DNA of 37,284 bases from Candidatus Zambryskiibacteriota bacterium (GCA_009694965.1 SIBV01000003.1:1-37284); one strand, 5' to 3'. Shown: positions 17,033 through 26,011, numbered from the stretch's first letter. Numbers and translations are program-made. The notes: generated by a model from the sequence alone, not told the origin.

Positions 17033-17152
17033 TAAAATCTCGTTGAGTCATAATGTTTTTGGATTGTTCGCAGGTCGACGGACCGAGATTACAGAAATCG
17101 CACCAGCGATTTACGGGCTGTCCAAAAACATTATGAGGAGAAAGGGATTTTA
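17033..17152. repeat. Long nested hairpin at the lepA stop
   Basis: TCATAATGTTTTTGGA/TCCAAAAACATTATGA 16-bp stem; same CGTTGA/GAGAAAG internal loop as 7625-7758. Confidence 0.75.
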
Positions 17153-19027
17153 ATTTCTCAGCATTTTCAAAAACACGTCCTGTGGAATGTCGACAGTCCC
17201 TCGGCCTCTTGCCTTCATCCTCTTCTTTCCCTTCTTTTGCTTTTCACGAAGTTTCATTTTTCGAGTGATGTCCCCTCCATACATATGCTGAGTCACATCT
17301 TTACTGAAAGCTGAAACTGTGCGACTGGAAATAATTCTACCCAACGCTTTTGCCTGAACCTTCATCACAAACATTTGGCGAGGAAGGAGCGCATGAAGTT
17401 TCTCAACCATCATTTCCGCTTCTGTTTCGACAATCCTTCTAGATACAACTCTAGAGAACGCGGGCAATACCTCATCAGCAACTAGAATATCCATTCTCAC
17501 AACATTAGCATCTCGCATTCCTTCTATCTCATAAGAAATAGAAGCGAAACCACTCGATGCACTTTTCAATTTATCAAAAAAGTTTCGCATAAGTTCACGA
17601 AGTGGCATTTTCAAAAATAGTCTCGTTCTATCATCTCCAAAGTTTTCTGAGTCCCCTAGTTCTGCCTCATGTTCATAAAGAAGTGGCATTAAATTAACTA
17701 GAAACTTTACTGGCGTAATAATAATACAGTTTACCCACGGCTCTCGTATTTCCGAAAGTAATCCTTCATCAGGAAAATGTGCAGGCGAATATATAGTCTC
17801 CATTTGTCCCGCCTTTGGTCCGCTTTTATAAACTACTTCATAAGTAATAGTCGGCATAGTCACCACTAGATCTAGATTGAATTCTCGATGAAGTCTTTCT
17901 GAAATAATTTCTAAGTGAAGCATCCCTAGGAACCCGCAACGAAACCCTCTTCCCAAAACTCCTGATGATTCTTCTTCATATGTATAAGAAGAATCAGACA
18001 ATTTCAGCTTTCCTAAGGCCTGCTTAAGACTCACAAAATCATCCTGACTCTCTGGGTAGATTGACGCCCACACGACAGGACGAGGAAGCATATAACCCTC
18101 AAGCGGCACACTGTTGTCACCAACAGTACCAACAGTGTCTCCAACAGAGGCGATGCCTGGCTCCTTTATTCCTGTTACAATATAACCAATTTCTCCCGCA
18201 CTGAGAGTTTCCACTGGAACTTCGCCTGGCGAGAATATGCCTACTTCGATTGAGTTAAATGTTTCTTTTGCAATTTTGAAAACAAGCGGAGTATTTCGAG
18301 AAACTTTTCCTTCCATCACGCGCACGAAAACAATAACTCCTCTGTGAGTAGAATATTTGAAATCAAAAATTAGAGACTTGAAGCTGTTGCCTTCTACCAT
18401 CCTTGGAGCGGGAACTTTCTTGATAACTTCACGAAGTAAATCATCAACACCTTCACCAGTTTTTCCTGATGTGTATAAAATATCTTCTGGACTACATTCA
18501 AGTAATTTAATCACTTCCATTTTTACCTCCTCTACTCGAGCTAAAGGAGAATCCACTTTCGATAAAACTGGAATGATGGTGAGTCCTGCTTCCCTCGCCA
18601 TTCCAAGGGTAGTCAACGTTTGAGCCTGAACACCTTGGGTTGAATCAACCAAAAGAATCGAGCCTTCTACCGCTTTTAAGGCTCGAGAAACTTCATATGA
18701 AAAATCTATATGCCCCGGTGTATCTATCAAATTCAGAATGTATTCTGAATTTGAATTTTCAATTTTTAATTTAGAATTTTCATTGGAAACTGAATCATTG
18801 ATTGGAAATTGAGAATTGGAAATTGGAAATTTTGGTCGATAGACCATCCTCACAGGTTGCATCTTGATAGTAATCCCTCTCTCTCGTTCAAGTTCCATTG
18901 AGTCAAGGACCTGTTCCTGCATTTTCCGTTTTTCTATAGTGCCGGTTAGCTCAAGCATTCTGTCAGCTAAAGTAGATTTACCATGGTCTATGTGGGCGAT
19001 GATACTAAAGTTTCGAATGTTTTCCAT
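17150..19027 (-). CDS. lepA: Elongation factor 4 with a repeat-derived in-frame insertion
   Basis: IRNFSIIAHIDHGKSTLADR, ERERGITIK, DTPGH, GFRCGFLGMLH, YGGDITRK. Confidence 0.98.
   Translation of the reverse strand: MENIRNFSIIAHIDHGKSTLADRMLELTGTIEKRKMQEQVLDSMELERERGITIKMQPVRMVYRPKFPISNSQFPINDSVSNENSKLKIENSNSEYILNLIDTPGHIDFSYEVSRALKAVEGSILLVDSTQGVQAQTLTTLGMAREAGLTIIPVLSKVDSPLARVEEVKMEVIKLLECSPEDILYTSGKTGEGVDDLLREVIKKVPAPRMVEGNSFKSLIFDFKYSTHRGVIVFVRVMEGKVSRNTPLVFKIAKETFNSIEVGIFSPGEVPVETLSAGEIGYIVTGIKEPGIASVGDTVGTVGDNSVPLEGYMLPRPVVWASIYPESQDDFVSLKQALGKLKLSDSSYTYEEESSGVLGRGFRCGFLGMLHLEIISERLHREFNLDLVVTMPTITYEVVYKSGPKAGQMETIYSPAHFPDEGLLSEIREPWVNCIIITPVKFLVNLMPLLYEHEAELGDSENFGDDRTRLFLKMPLRELMRNFFDKLKSASSGFASISYEIEGMRDANVVRMDILVADEVLPAFSRVVSRRIVETEAEMMVEKLHALLPRQMFVMKVQAKALGRIISSRTVSAFSKDVTQHMYGGDITRKMKLREKQKKGKKRMKARGRGTVDIPQDVFLKMLRN
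18747..18833. repeat. Heptamer inverted-array element in frame within lepA
   Basis: Coding strand about four AATTTCC units, then about four GAAAATT units; encodes KFPISNSQFPINDSVSNENSKLKIENSNS between GTPase motifs G2 and G3. Confidence 0.88.
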
Positions 19028-19088
19028 GAGCCTTATTAAAGCACAAAAAGGGTTAATTCCAAATAAAAATTAATCGGTGTCACCTTAG

Positions 19089-19209
19089 AAACTTTCACAA
19101 TCTGGATGAAGTTCAAGGCGGAATGAAAAAATGTGAGGAGTCTTACTCGTTGTAAGATGACGAGAATTTTTTATATTCCAACGCAGAAATTCGCCAGATT
19201 TGGAAGTTT
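19089..19209. repeat. Long multi-bulge hairpin element (CAAGGCG...CAACG.AG family), copy 2
   Basis: AAACTTTCA..AAGTTCAAGGCG..GAGTCTTAC/GTAAGATGA..CAACGCAGAAATT..TGGAAGTTT. Confidence 0.8.
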
Positions 19210-20888
19210 TATGTTAACTCGGCGTCTGGGACGACTATTTTGGCCCGCCATATCTTCTTCCTGAAAGTATCAACTGCTTCAGATAACTCCTTACTTCCCA
19301 ATGTATACAGAACAACAATTCCCACTATAATTCCTGCTATACCAGCCAAAAATCCTTGGAGGAATATACCGTACAAAGTGTTTATATCGAAAACTTTATC
19401 TAGAACTGCTAAGCCTTGGTAGGTTACAAAACCCATTATGATAGAAGCTGAAAAAACTTCAAAGAGGGTTCTCCAAACTGCTGGCGAGAATGCTTTGTAT
19501 TCCCTACTGAAACCTATCCAATGAATGATAAGGTTTACAACAACTCCTATTGAGAATCCAAAAGGAAGCATCAAAATTGTTGTGCCGGGCAAGTCAGATA
19601 CTTTCAAGATTGACTCCATAAAATGACGGAAAAATATATTGTCATCAAAGAGTCTGGCCAGTCCAAAACTTCCTACAACAATAAGAACGGCTGACAATAC
19701 GTTTATAACAAGTGGCGTCCAAGTCTTTCCTTGGGAATAGTAAGCTCTGACAAAAAGTGCTACGAGGTTTTGTGCGACTAGCGAAACCACAAACAAGGCG
19801 AGTGCCGCCGCCGTGAGTCTCGTATCTTCCCAATTAAACTTTCCAGCTCCAAGGATTGTTCTCACTATCTGCGCGCGCAATACTATGAAAAGTATAGTGA
19901 CAGGCACGGACCAAAATATTATATGTCGAGCAGAGATTATCATTTGCTCTAAAAACTTATCTTTCTCCCCTGCTGAAAAAAGACGAGTAAGGGATGGAAA
20001 AGCAGCTAGAGAATAACTCACACCAATAATACTGAAAGGGACTGATTGAAGATTCAAAGCAAAACTAAATACGGAAATTGACCCTGGCACAAGAAAAGAA
20101 GCAAAAGAAATCAAAAACAGTTTTGCAATTTCATTAGCAGAAACTGTTATGGTGCGAGGAAGAGATATGAGGATTATGGTTTTTATTGAACCCCATTTTA
20201 TTGGAAACGTAAATCTTGGTAGCATTCTTTGAGAAGCAATAAACGGAACTTGTATCCCAAGATGCAAAAGCGCTCCTAACGCTACTCCAAACCCAAGTCC
20301 CGGCAAACCCATCTTTGGATATAAAAATACAATACCTGTAATGATTCCTATGTTATAAACAACTGGAGAAATCGCGTAGACCAGAAATCTTCTGTGTATT
20401 TGAGTTATACTCGCCAGCAAATTAGAGAGACCTAAGAATATTGGTGAGAGAAGCAGTATTCTGGAAAGGATTACAAGTTCAGGAAATCTTGAAGAATCAG
20501 CAAAGGCAGGAAACAAAACTTTCATTAGATATGGAGTAGCAAAAAATGCAACTAACCCCACAAAGATCATCAAGCAAAAGAAAAAAGTGAAAACTGTATT
20601 TATGAAATCCTTAGCCGCCTCTTCACTCTTCTCAAACCTTTCGATGAGAAACGGAATCAGAACTGAAATCGAAATAATAGACGCGACCGACACAAAAAGA
20701 ATGTCAGGTATTCTGAAAGCTGAATAATATAAATCTAGTGTGCTACCTGCCCCGAACTGTCCAGCCAGGATTCTGTCTCTAAACAGTGCCAAGATCTGTG
20801 AACATATAGCAAAGAAGCCTAAAAGATAAGCGGCCTGATGAAGGCCGGATATCTCAATGTTTAGTATGTTCAGAAATCTTTTTACCAT
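19209..20888 (-). CDS. murJ: Lipid II flippase MurJ (MviN)
   Basis: RDRILA..FGAG..LD.YYSAFRIPD, P.VYNIGII, AAFP.L, RAYYS. Confidence 0.92.
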   Translation of the reverse strand: MVKRFLNILNIEISGLHQAAYLLGFFAICSQILALFRDRILAGQFGAGSTLDLYYSAFRIPDILFVSVASIISISVLIPFLIERFEKSEEAAKDFINTVFTFFFCLMIFVGLVAFFATPYLMKVLFPAFADSSRFPELVILSRILLLSPIFLGLSNLLASITQIHRRFLVYAISPVVYNIGIITGIVFLYPKMGLPGLGFGVALGALLHLGIQVPFIASQRMLPRFTFPIKWGSIKTIILISLPRTITVSANEIAKLFLISFASFLVPGSISVFSFALNLQSVPFSIIGVSYSLAAFPSLTRLFSAGEKDKFLEQMIISARHIIFWSVPVTILFIVLRAQIVRTILGAGKFNWEDTRLTAAALALFVVSLVAQNLVALFVRAYYSQGKTWTPLVINVLSAVLIVVGSFGLARLFDDNIFFRHFMESILKVSDLPGTTILMLPFGFSIGVVVNLIIHWIGFSREYKAFSPAVWRTLFEVFSASIIMGFVTYQGLAVLDKVFDINTLYGIFLQGFLAGIAGIIVGIVVLYTLGSKELSEAVDTFRKKIWRAKIVVPDAELT

Positions 20889-20894
20889 TGTTTA

Positions 20895-23282
20895 TTATCT
20901 TGTTTCTTTAACGGGAAGCCTCTTGCCCTTCTCTGGCTTTGTCTCCTCAGCATTCACAAGTGCTGACTTGCCTGCTCTTAAATTTTCTAGAATCTGTTTT
21001 ACTTCTGCGCTATCAGGGTTCGTTACTAAGAGTCTTTCGAACTCGGTAATAGCTTGGGTTTTTTTACCTACTGCGTCGTATGACAATCCTAGAAAATACT
21101 TTGCGTTGGCATAGTCAGGAGTCATACCTGTTGCCTTTTCAAGCGCCACAATCGCTCCATTGTAGTCTTTTATGTTGTATTTCAAAAGTCCTAGCTGGAA
21201 AAATATGCCCGGATCAGTAGGGTCAATAACAGATGCTGCAGTTACAGAATCAATTGCGCCCTTTATATTATTATCAGCTACTTCTATTTGTGACAAGAGG
21301 AAATATGCGTCAAGATAATTCTTTTTTAGTTGGATAGCTTGAAAAGCATAATTGCGAGCCGCCTTTAGATCCTTTCTAGCAACTGCAAGTCTTGAGAACA
21401 GAATGTATATTGCAGGATTTTTTGGATTTCTTTTCAAAGCTTCTGCATAGGCAAACTGTGCACTTTCATAAGCGCCCTCCACTTTCAGTTCAGTTGCTGA
21501 AACTGATTCGTAAACTCGCCCCAATGCAATCCAATTTAAATAGTTTGAATCATCTGCATCTTTAGCAGCAATCCCCGCCTTTATTGCAGTAGTTAGGGTG
21601 TCACTAAATTGTTTTTGAATTTCCTCTTGCTTAACCGTTTTCGGGTCGGTAGCCAGCAATTGGTTTAATTTAATAACTTCGATTTCTGATAACGCTCTAT
21701 AATAAATATCAGCAGGAACTGTGTCAATTGCTTTTATAATTTGCTCTTCAGACTTAGCTATATCTTTCAAACTATTTATTGCGTAAGCACTTTTCTGAAA
21801 ATAAAAGAGGGATTTTGAATTCTTAAACAAGCCGTAGCCTAAGGATAAACTGACTCCAAACAAAGCCACGAGAACAAATGAAAACACAAAGCCCTTGCGT
21901 GGATTATTTGCGAAAACTCTAGTTTCAAGAGGAACAAGTCCCGATAGGTAAATGGATGCAAAAAATAAACCAGTAAAAAACAGAGTGATTATAAACACCA
22001 CCGTACTTGGAATATACACAAAAGTCATTATCCATAAATACAATGACGCAAAGAATGAAGATGTTAGTAGATACTTCATAAACTTATCATCAGTTCTGGC
22101 AAAAATAGACTTAACTCCAAGATACAGATAAAAACCTAGAAACAAGAGCCAAGAAAGAATCCCAAGAAGCCCCGTCGTAACTGCAAAAGTTGGTATGAGA
22201 CCTATTCCGTTTGTGAAGTCAGTATTCCAAAAAATAGTGGAAACTACATCATCAGGCTTCCATGTCAACCATTGAGCAGTGAAAGTATTCGGACCTGATC
22301 CAAATAGCGGACGATCGTTTATGGTGTTTTTTGCGATATCGAGAGTAACTGCCAAGGTCGGACGAACCTCTACATTTGAAATATTGAAGTATTGCGATAG
22401 TGATGCTCCCAAGGTGCTTCCCCAAACCACAAAAGATGCAGAGATAATCAACACAATAAGTGCGTAAATTGGTGTATTTACCAATCTATTTTTCAACGTC
22501 ACAACTCCCTTATGGTCTGGCTCCGTGCTATATATACTGTAGAGAATGAAAAGGAAAGAACAAATAGCCAGTATCATCCAAATCAAACTGAAATTCACAA
22601 GCACTAGGAAGAAAAGTGAAAGAACCAGCGCAGTAGACAATATTAATTTCATAAACTTACTAACTCTTATCATTTCGTAAGTAAGTAGTGAAAGGATGAC
22701 TCCTACCCCAAAGAAAATGCCGACATTGTTCCAACTGCCCACCATAGTGTTTGTTACATTTGTAAACAATCCAAAAGATAACAGGTCACTTCCCCAGATA
22801 ATACGAATGAGTAAGAAAACTGAAAGTATTATTGATGATATAACAAAGGCAAAATAAGAATAAAACACGTGTTGTTTATTGCTAAACAGCACAGAAACAA
22901 GAAATAAATAAGCAAATCCAAGAACCATAAATCCAACGGTGGATATATCAAAAGTGTAACCAAAGAAAGATAGTCTAGAAAATCCATTGGCTACGCCCGC
23001 CAATGTATAAACTACGGGAACTAGAATCAAGGATCCCAAAATATACTTATTTTGGTGCGGAATCTCTATTGAACCCGAGAAAAGTGATGAAACAATATAG
23101 AGAAGCAAAGCCAGGATTACTCCAAATGCAAAAAGGAGACTTGTCCCAAACTGAGTAGAAATAAACTCCACTGGAACAAAAAATATTGGGGTAAGGAAAG
23201 TAACTACTAGTAGTAACCAGAAGGAAATGTTCTTTAGTAACCCTGAGTGAGTCACGTCTTTTATTGTATTATTTTCGTGCAT
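20895..23282 (-). CDS. Multi-TM O-antigen ligase/polymerase-like protein with C-terminal TPR repeats
   Basis: More than 12 hydrophobic helices, RPLFGSGPNTF periplasmic-loop motif, TPR motifs (A..NP, YANAKYFLG). Confidence 0.75.
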   Translation of the reverse strand: MHENNTIKDVTHSGLLKNISFWLLLVVTFLTPIFFVPVEFISTQFGTSLLFAFGVILALLLYIVSSLFSGSIEIPHQNKYILGSLILVPVVYTLAGVANGFSRLSFFGYTFDISTVGFMVLGFAYLFLVSVLFSNKQHVFYSYFAFVISSIILSVFLLIRIIWGSDLLSFGLFTNVTNTMVGSWNNVGIFFGVGVILSLLTYEMIRVSKFMKLILSTALVLSLFFLVLVNFSLIWMILAICSFLFILYSIYSTEPDHKGVVTLKNRLVNTPIYALIVLIISASFVVWGSTLGASLSQYFNISNVEVRPTLAVTLDIAKNTINDRPLFGSGPNTFTAQWLTWKPDDVVSTIFWNTDFTNGIGLIPTFAVTTGLLGILSWLLFLGFYLYLGVKSIFARTDDKFMKYLLTSSFFASLYLWIMTFVYIPSTVVFIITLFFTGLFFASIYLSGLVPLETRVFANNPRKGFVFSFVLVALFGVSLSLGYGLFKNSKSLFYFQKSAYAINSLKDIAKSEEQIIKAIDTVPADIYYRALSEIEVIKLNQLLATDPKTVKQEEIQKQFSDTLTTAIKAGIAAKDADDSNYLNWIALGRVYESVSATELKVEGAYESAQFAYAEALKRNPKNPAIYILFSRLAVARKDLKAARNYAFQAIQLKKNYLDAYFLLSQIEVADNNIKGAIDSVTAASVIDPTDPGIFFQLGLLKYNIKDYNGAIVALEKATGMTPDYANAKYFLGLSYDAVGKKTQAITEFERLLVTNPDSAEVKQILENLRAGKSALVNAEETKPEKGKRLPVKETR

Positions 23283-23369
23283 TGTTTTTAAATTATTTAG
23301 TTTTATATCCTTATATTATATAGTTATTATCTTACTGATTCAATGTTGACCCCGTTAGAGTTTTACAAT

Positions 23370-23397
23370 TTGAAATAATTTATTTTTATGGTATAAT
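23370..23397 (+). promoter_or_regulatory. Sigma70-like promoter of rnpB
   Basis: TTGAAA-16 nt-TATAAT with extended TG, immediately before helix P1. Confidence 0.6.
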
Positions 23398-23401
23398 AGA
23401 A

Positions 23402-23897
23402 TTGTTATGTTGGATAAGTGCTCTTTAGCTATTTATAGCTAAAGGGAGGAAAGTCCGAACATCAAGTTTAGATTTATCTAAACAAGAGTAGCGGGTAACG
23501 CCCGTCGGGAGTAATCCTAGAGGTGCGAGCAGTGACGTCCGAGGCGAAAGCCAGAGAATTCCGCTGCGTTAAAGCAGATGGAATAATTTTATGGAAACAT
23601 AAAAGTGAAACGGCAAAATCCTTACTTTGATGCAAGGCCGTACCCGACTGCACCTCACTGGGTTCAGTGCAGAATTTTCAATTTTCAATTTCTAATTTTC
23701 AAACAATTCTCAATGTATCAAAGGGGAATTAATTCATTGAAAACTGAAAATTAGAAATTAGAAATTCTGTCCGAGCAAAGCGAGGTGCAGTTGGGGGTGC
23801 CGCTTGATCACCGTGGTAACACGAGCGACAGATAAATACTTATCGTCGAGCACCAGTTCTGGTGCTCGATACAGAATTCGGCTTATAGACACAACAA
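23402..23897 (+). ncRNA. rnpB: RNase P RNA with an expanded helix distal to P15
   Basis: GAGGAAAGTCCG and ACAGAATTCGGCTTA P4 halves, GTGAAACGGC and GCAAG conserved regions, complementary ends forming P1. Confidence 0.93.
23669..23770. repeat. Heptamer inverted-array element inside RNase P RNA
   Basis: GCAGAATTTTCAATTTTCAATTTCTAATTTTCAA ... TTGAAAACTGAAAATTAGAAATTAGAAATTCTGT nested in the CCCGACTGCACCTC/GAGGTGCAGTTGGG stem. Confidence 0.88.
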
Positions 23898-23901
23898 AAA
23901 T

Positions 23902-23937
23902 GAAAAATCACATCCTAACCGATGTGATTTTTCTTTT
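23902..23937 (+). terminator. Terminator of rnpB
   Basis: GAAAAATCACATC-CTAACC-GATGTGATTTTTC followed by TTTT. Confidence 0.8.
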
Positions 23938-23988
23938 ATACATCCACATTCACACATCCACATTCACGGCCCTCGTTACATACCCAAG

Positions 23989-24011
23989 TTTACGAGGGGC
24001 ACCTTCGTAAA
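23989..24011. repeat. REP-like hairpin downstream of the half-RAYT gene
   Basis: TTTACGAGGG-GCA-CCTTCGTAAA, 13 nt after the stop of the 24025 ORF. Confidence 0.55.
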
Positions 24012-24024
24012 TGTCCTACCTAAG

Positions 24025-24657
24025 TTAATCAAAAACTAGGTCCTTTAACTCAGCCTTGTCTTTCAAAATCTCATAACTTGATTTGGTGAAATCTTTAAAC
24101 TCAGCAATGTCTTTAAATTGACTGAGTATGATTTCATTATCACATATATTATTAGAATTAATCCCAATGAATTCCGGGTAACTACTCCATTTGTAATTTT
24201 CTATATTTTTCACAATTCCTCCTATTTTAGGATTTTGGTGAAGATAACAAGTTAACCAATTTAAATACTCATTATCCCCTATCGTTATCTGCTTGAATTG
24301 ATCTTGAAATATATGACCGACCTTATCATACTTTCTATTAAAATATTTTGAATGTATTGAAAACAAAGGATTTCTCGGTTGATGGGAATCCTTTGTTTTC
24401 AATACATTCAAAATCTCGGCTGGACGAGATGTTGTTGTTTCATAATGATTTTGAGTTTCCTGTGCTTTTTCATCTGGAGTAGTTCTGTATGACAAAACTG
24501 ATTCCTCTAAAACAAACCAGGAACGATCAATCCTTCTTGATGTAATTTTATCTTGTCTGCAAAGCTGTCCAATGTAGTCTCTAGAGTAGCCGGTAATTCT
24601 ACTGGCCTCTTTTATTGAAATATATTTCTTCCCTTCAAAGTAAGCGTCAGAATTCAT
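24025..24657 (-). CDS. Chimeric protein: excisionase/MerR-like HTH fused to the C-terminal half of a RAYT/Y1 transposase
   Basis: YISIKEASRITGYSRDYIGQLCR..SWFV then KYFNRKY..VGHIFQDQFK..YLHQNP..YKWSSY; no HUH motif; ATG 24657 has TATAAT 7 nt upstream. Confidence 0.7.
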   Translation of the reverse strand: MNSDAYFEGKKYISIKEASRITGYSRDYIGQLCRQDKITSRRIDRSWFVLEESVLSYRTTPDEKAQETQNHYETTTSRPAEILNVLKTKDSHQPRNPLFSIHSKYFNRKYDKVGHIFQDQFKQITIGDNEYLNWLTCYLHQNPKIGGIVKNIENYKWSSYPEFIGINSNNICDNEIILSQFKDIAEFKDFTKSSYEILKDKAELKDLVFD

Positions 24658-24679
24658 TAGTAAAATTATAGCGTTCAAA

Positions 24680-24710
24680 TGTGGATAAATTGTGAATAAT
24701 ATGGGGATAA
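24680..24710. promoter_or_regulatory. Three co-oriented DnaA-box-like 9-mers at 11-bp period
   Basis: TGTGGATAA 24680, TGTGAATAA 24691, TGGGGATAA 24702; also TTATCAACA at 24878. Confidence 0.65.
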
Positions 24711-24960
24711 CAAAAGATATTTCAGAAGAGTTCACCCTTCTGAAATATCAATTTAGAATTTTTAAATTGGATACAAATTATATATAGGATTTGATACAGA
24801 GCCTATAAATTTTCTCTTTACTAATAGTATGTCTTGTCTATAACTTTTTCTAAATTTTAAAGTTTAAATTCTGAAAGTTATCAACAGGTAACATTGTTAA
24901 TCTAATATAAACTTTGTATTATTAAGTCATAGCTTTATCAATCTTTATTAATGTACTACT

Positions 24961-25203
24961 ATTGCAAATCAATATATAACAATAAAACAAGCTTCCAAGA
25001 TTCTTGGTGTAGCTCCACTAACTCTTCGTAATTGGGACAATAGCGGAAAGCTAAAGGCTCATAGGCATCCTATGAACAACTACAGAGTTTACAAAATTGA
25101 AGATCTAGAAAAGGTAATTATGGAAATTGAGACCAACACTGGACTAAGAAAAAGTAGTAAAAAAGATGTTAGGAAGCTCATCGTGAAGCATCTAGAAGAG
25201 TAA
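24961..25203 (+). CDS. MerR-family/excisionase-like HTH protein, missing from the ORF track (ATT at the start position)
   Basis: (I/M)ANQYITIKQASKILGVAPLTLRNWDNSGKLKAHRHPMNNYRVYKIEDL..., 80 codons; in-frame TAA at 24949; TAATGT 6 nt before ATT. Confidence 0.75.
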   Translation: MANQYITIKQASKILGVAPLTLRNWDNSGKLKAHRHPMNNYRVYKIEDLEKVIMEIETNTGLRKSSKKDVRKLIVKHLEE

Positions 25204-25210
25204 CAACATA

Positions 25211-25248
25211 AAACAGCTCTGACAAATGTCAAGGGCTGTTTATTTTAT
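25211..25248 (+). terminator. Terminator after the MerR-like gene
   Basis: AAACAGCTCT-GACA-AA-TGTC-A-AGGGCTGTTT followed by T-rich sequence. Confidence 0.6.
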
Positions 25249-25281
25249 TAACCAACCCTCATCTCTCTACCCTTCTTACAT

Positions 25282-25306
25282 TATGGCAAGGTTAAACCTT
25301 GCCATA
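25282..25306. repeat. REP-like palindrome, left of RAYT
   Basis: TATGGCAAGGTT-A-AACCTTGCCATA. Confidence 0.85.
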
Positions 25307-25333
25307 TGAAGAAAGAAAAACTATAATATACAG

Positions 25334-26011
25334 ATGACACGTTCAACCACAATCTCAATTGATGAATTTTATCACGTTTATAATAGGGGTACTGAGAAAA
25401 GAAAAATATTTAACACACGGTATGATTACGAACGTTTTATAGCTCTTCTCTATCTGTGCAACTCTACTGAACCAATACGCATAAGAAGTAAGTACTTAAA
25501 TGAAATGCTTGATACTAAGCGCGGTAAAAAACTAGTAGACATTGGTGCGTACTGTCTCATGCCAAATCACTTTCATCTTTTGTTATACGAATGTGTTGAG
25601 GATGGCACCAGTCTGTTTATGCAGAAACTAACAACAGCCTACACGATGTATTTCAATAAGAAAAACGATAGGGTTGGAAGTTTGTTTCAAGGTACATTCA
25701 AAGCTGAGCATCTAGACGATGATGAATATTTAAAATATATTTTTGCATACATTCACTTGAATCCTGTTAAACTTATTGAACCTAAATGGAGGGAGGATGG
25801 GATCAAAAACCGCACTGGAGCAAAAAACTTTTTGAAAAATTATTCATATTCAAGTTACTCAGAATTTACCGGAGTCGACAGAAAAGAAAAAGTCATCCTC
25901 TCCCCTACTGCCTTTCCAAAGTATTTTGAAAAGGTGGATGACTTTCAAAAAATGATTAACTTCTGGATCGAGTTCAAGAATGAATACCTTCTGCCAGAGA
26001 AAGAAATCTAA
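25334..26011 (+). CDS. REP-associated tyrosine transposase-like HUH endonuclease (Y1/IS200 superfamily)
   Basis: YHVYNRG, AYCLMPNHFHLL (HUH), YTMYFNKK..RVGSLFQG.FK, YIHLNP (catalytic Tyr), YSYSSY. Confidence 0.9.
   Translation: MTRSTTISIDEFYHVYNRGTEKRKIFNTRYDYERFIALLYLCNSTEPIRIRSKYLNEMLDTKRGKKLVDIGAYCLMPNHFHLLLYECVEDGTSLFMQKLTTAYTMYFNKKNDRVGSLFQGTFKAEHLDDDEYLKYIFAYIHLNPVKLIEPKWREDGIKNRTGAKNFLKNYSYSSYSEFTGVDRKEKVILSPTAFPKYFEKVDDFQKMINFWIEFKNEYLLPEKEI

Noticed and set aside
23940-23967. ACATCCACATTCAC x2 tandem duplication
   Set aside because: Only two units and no partner arm; no function can be supported
24658-24735. N-terminal extension of the HTH/half-RAYT ORF
   Set aside because: It overlaps the -10 box and DnaA boxes; ATG 24657 fits better
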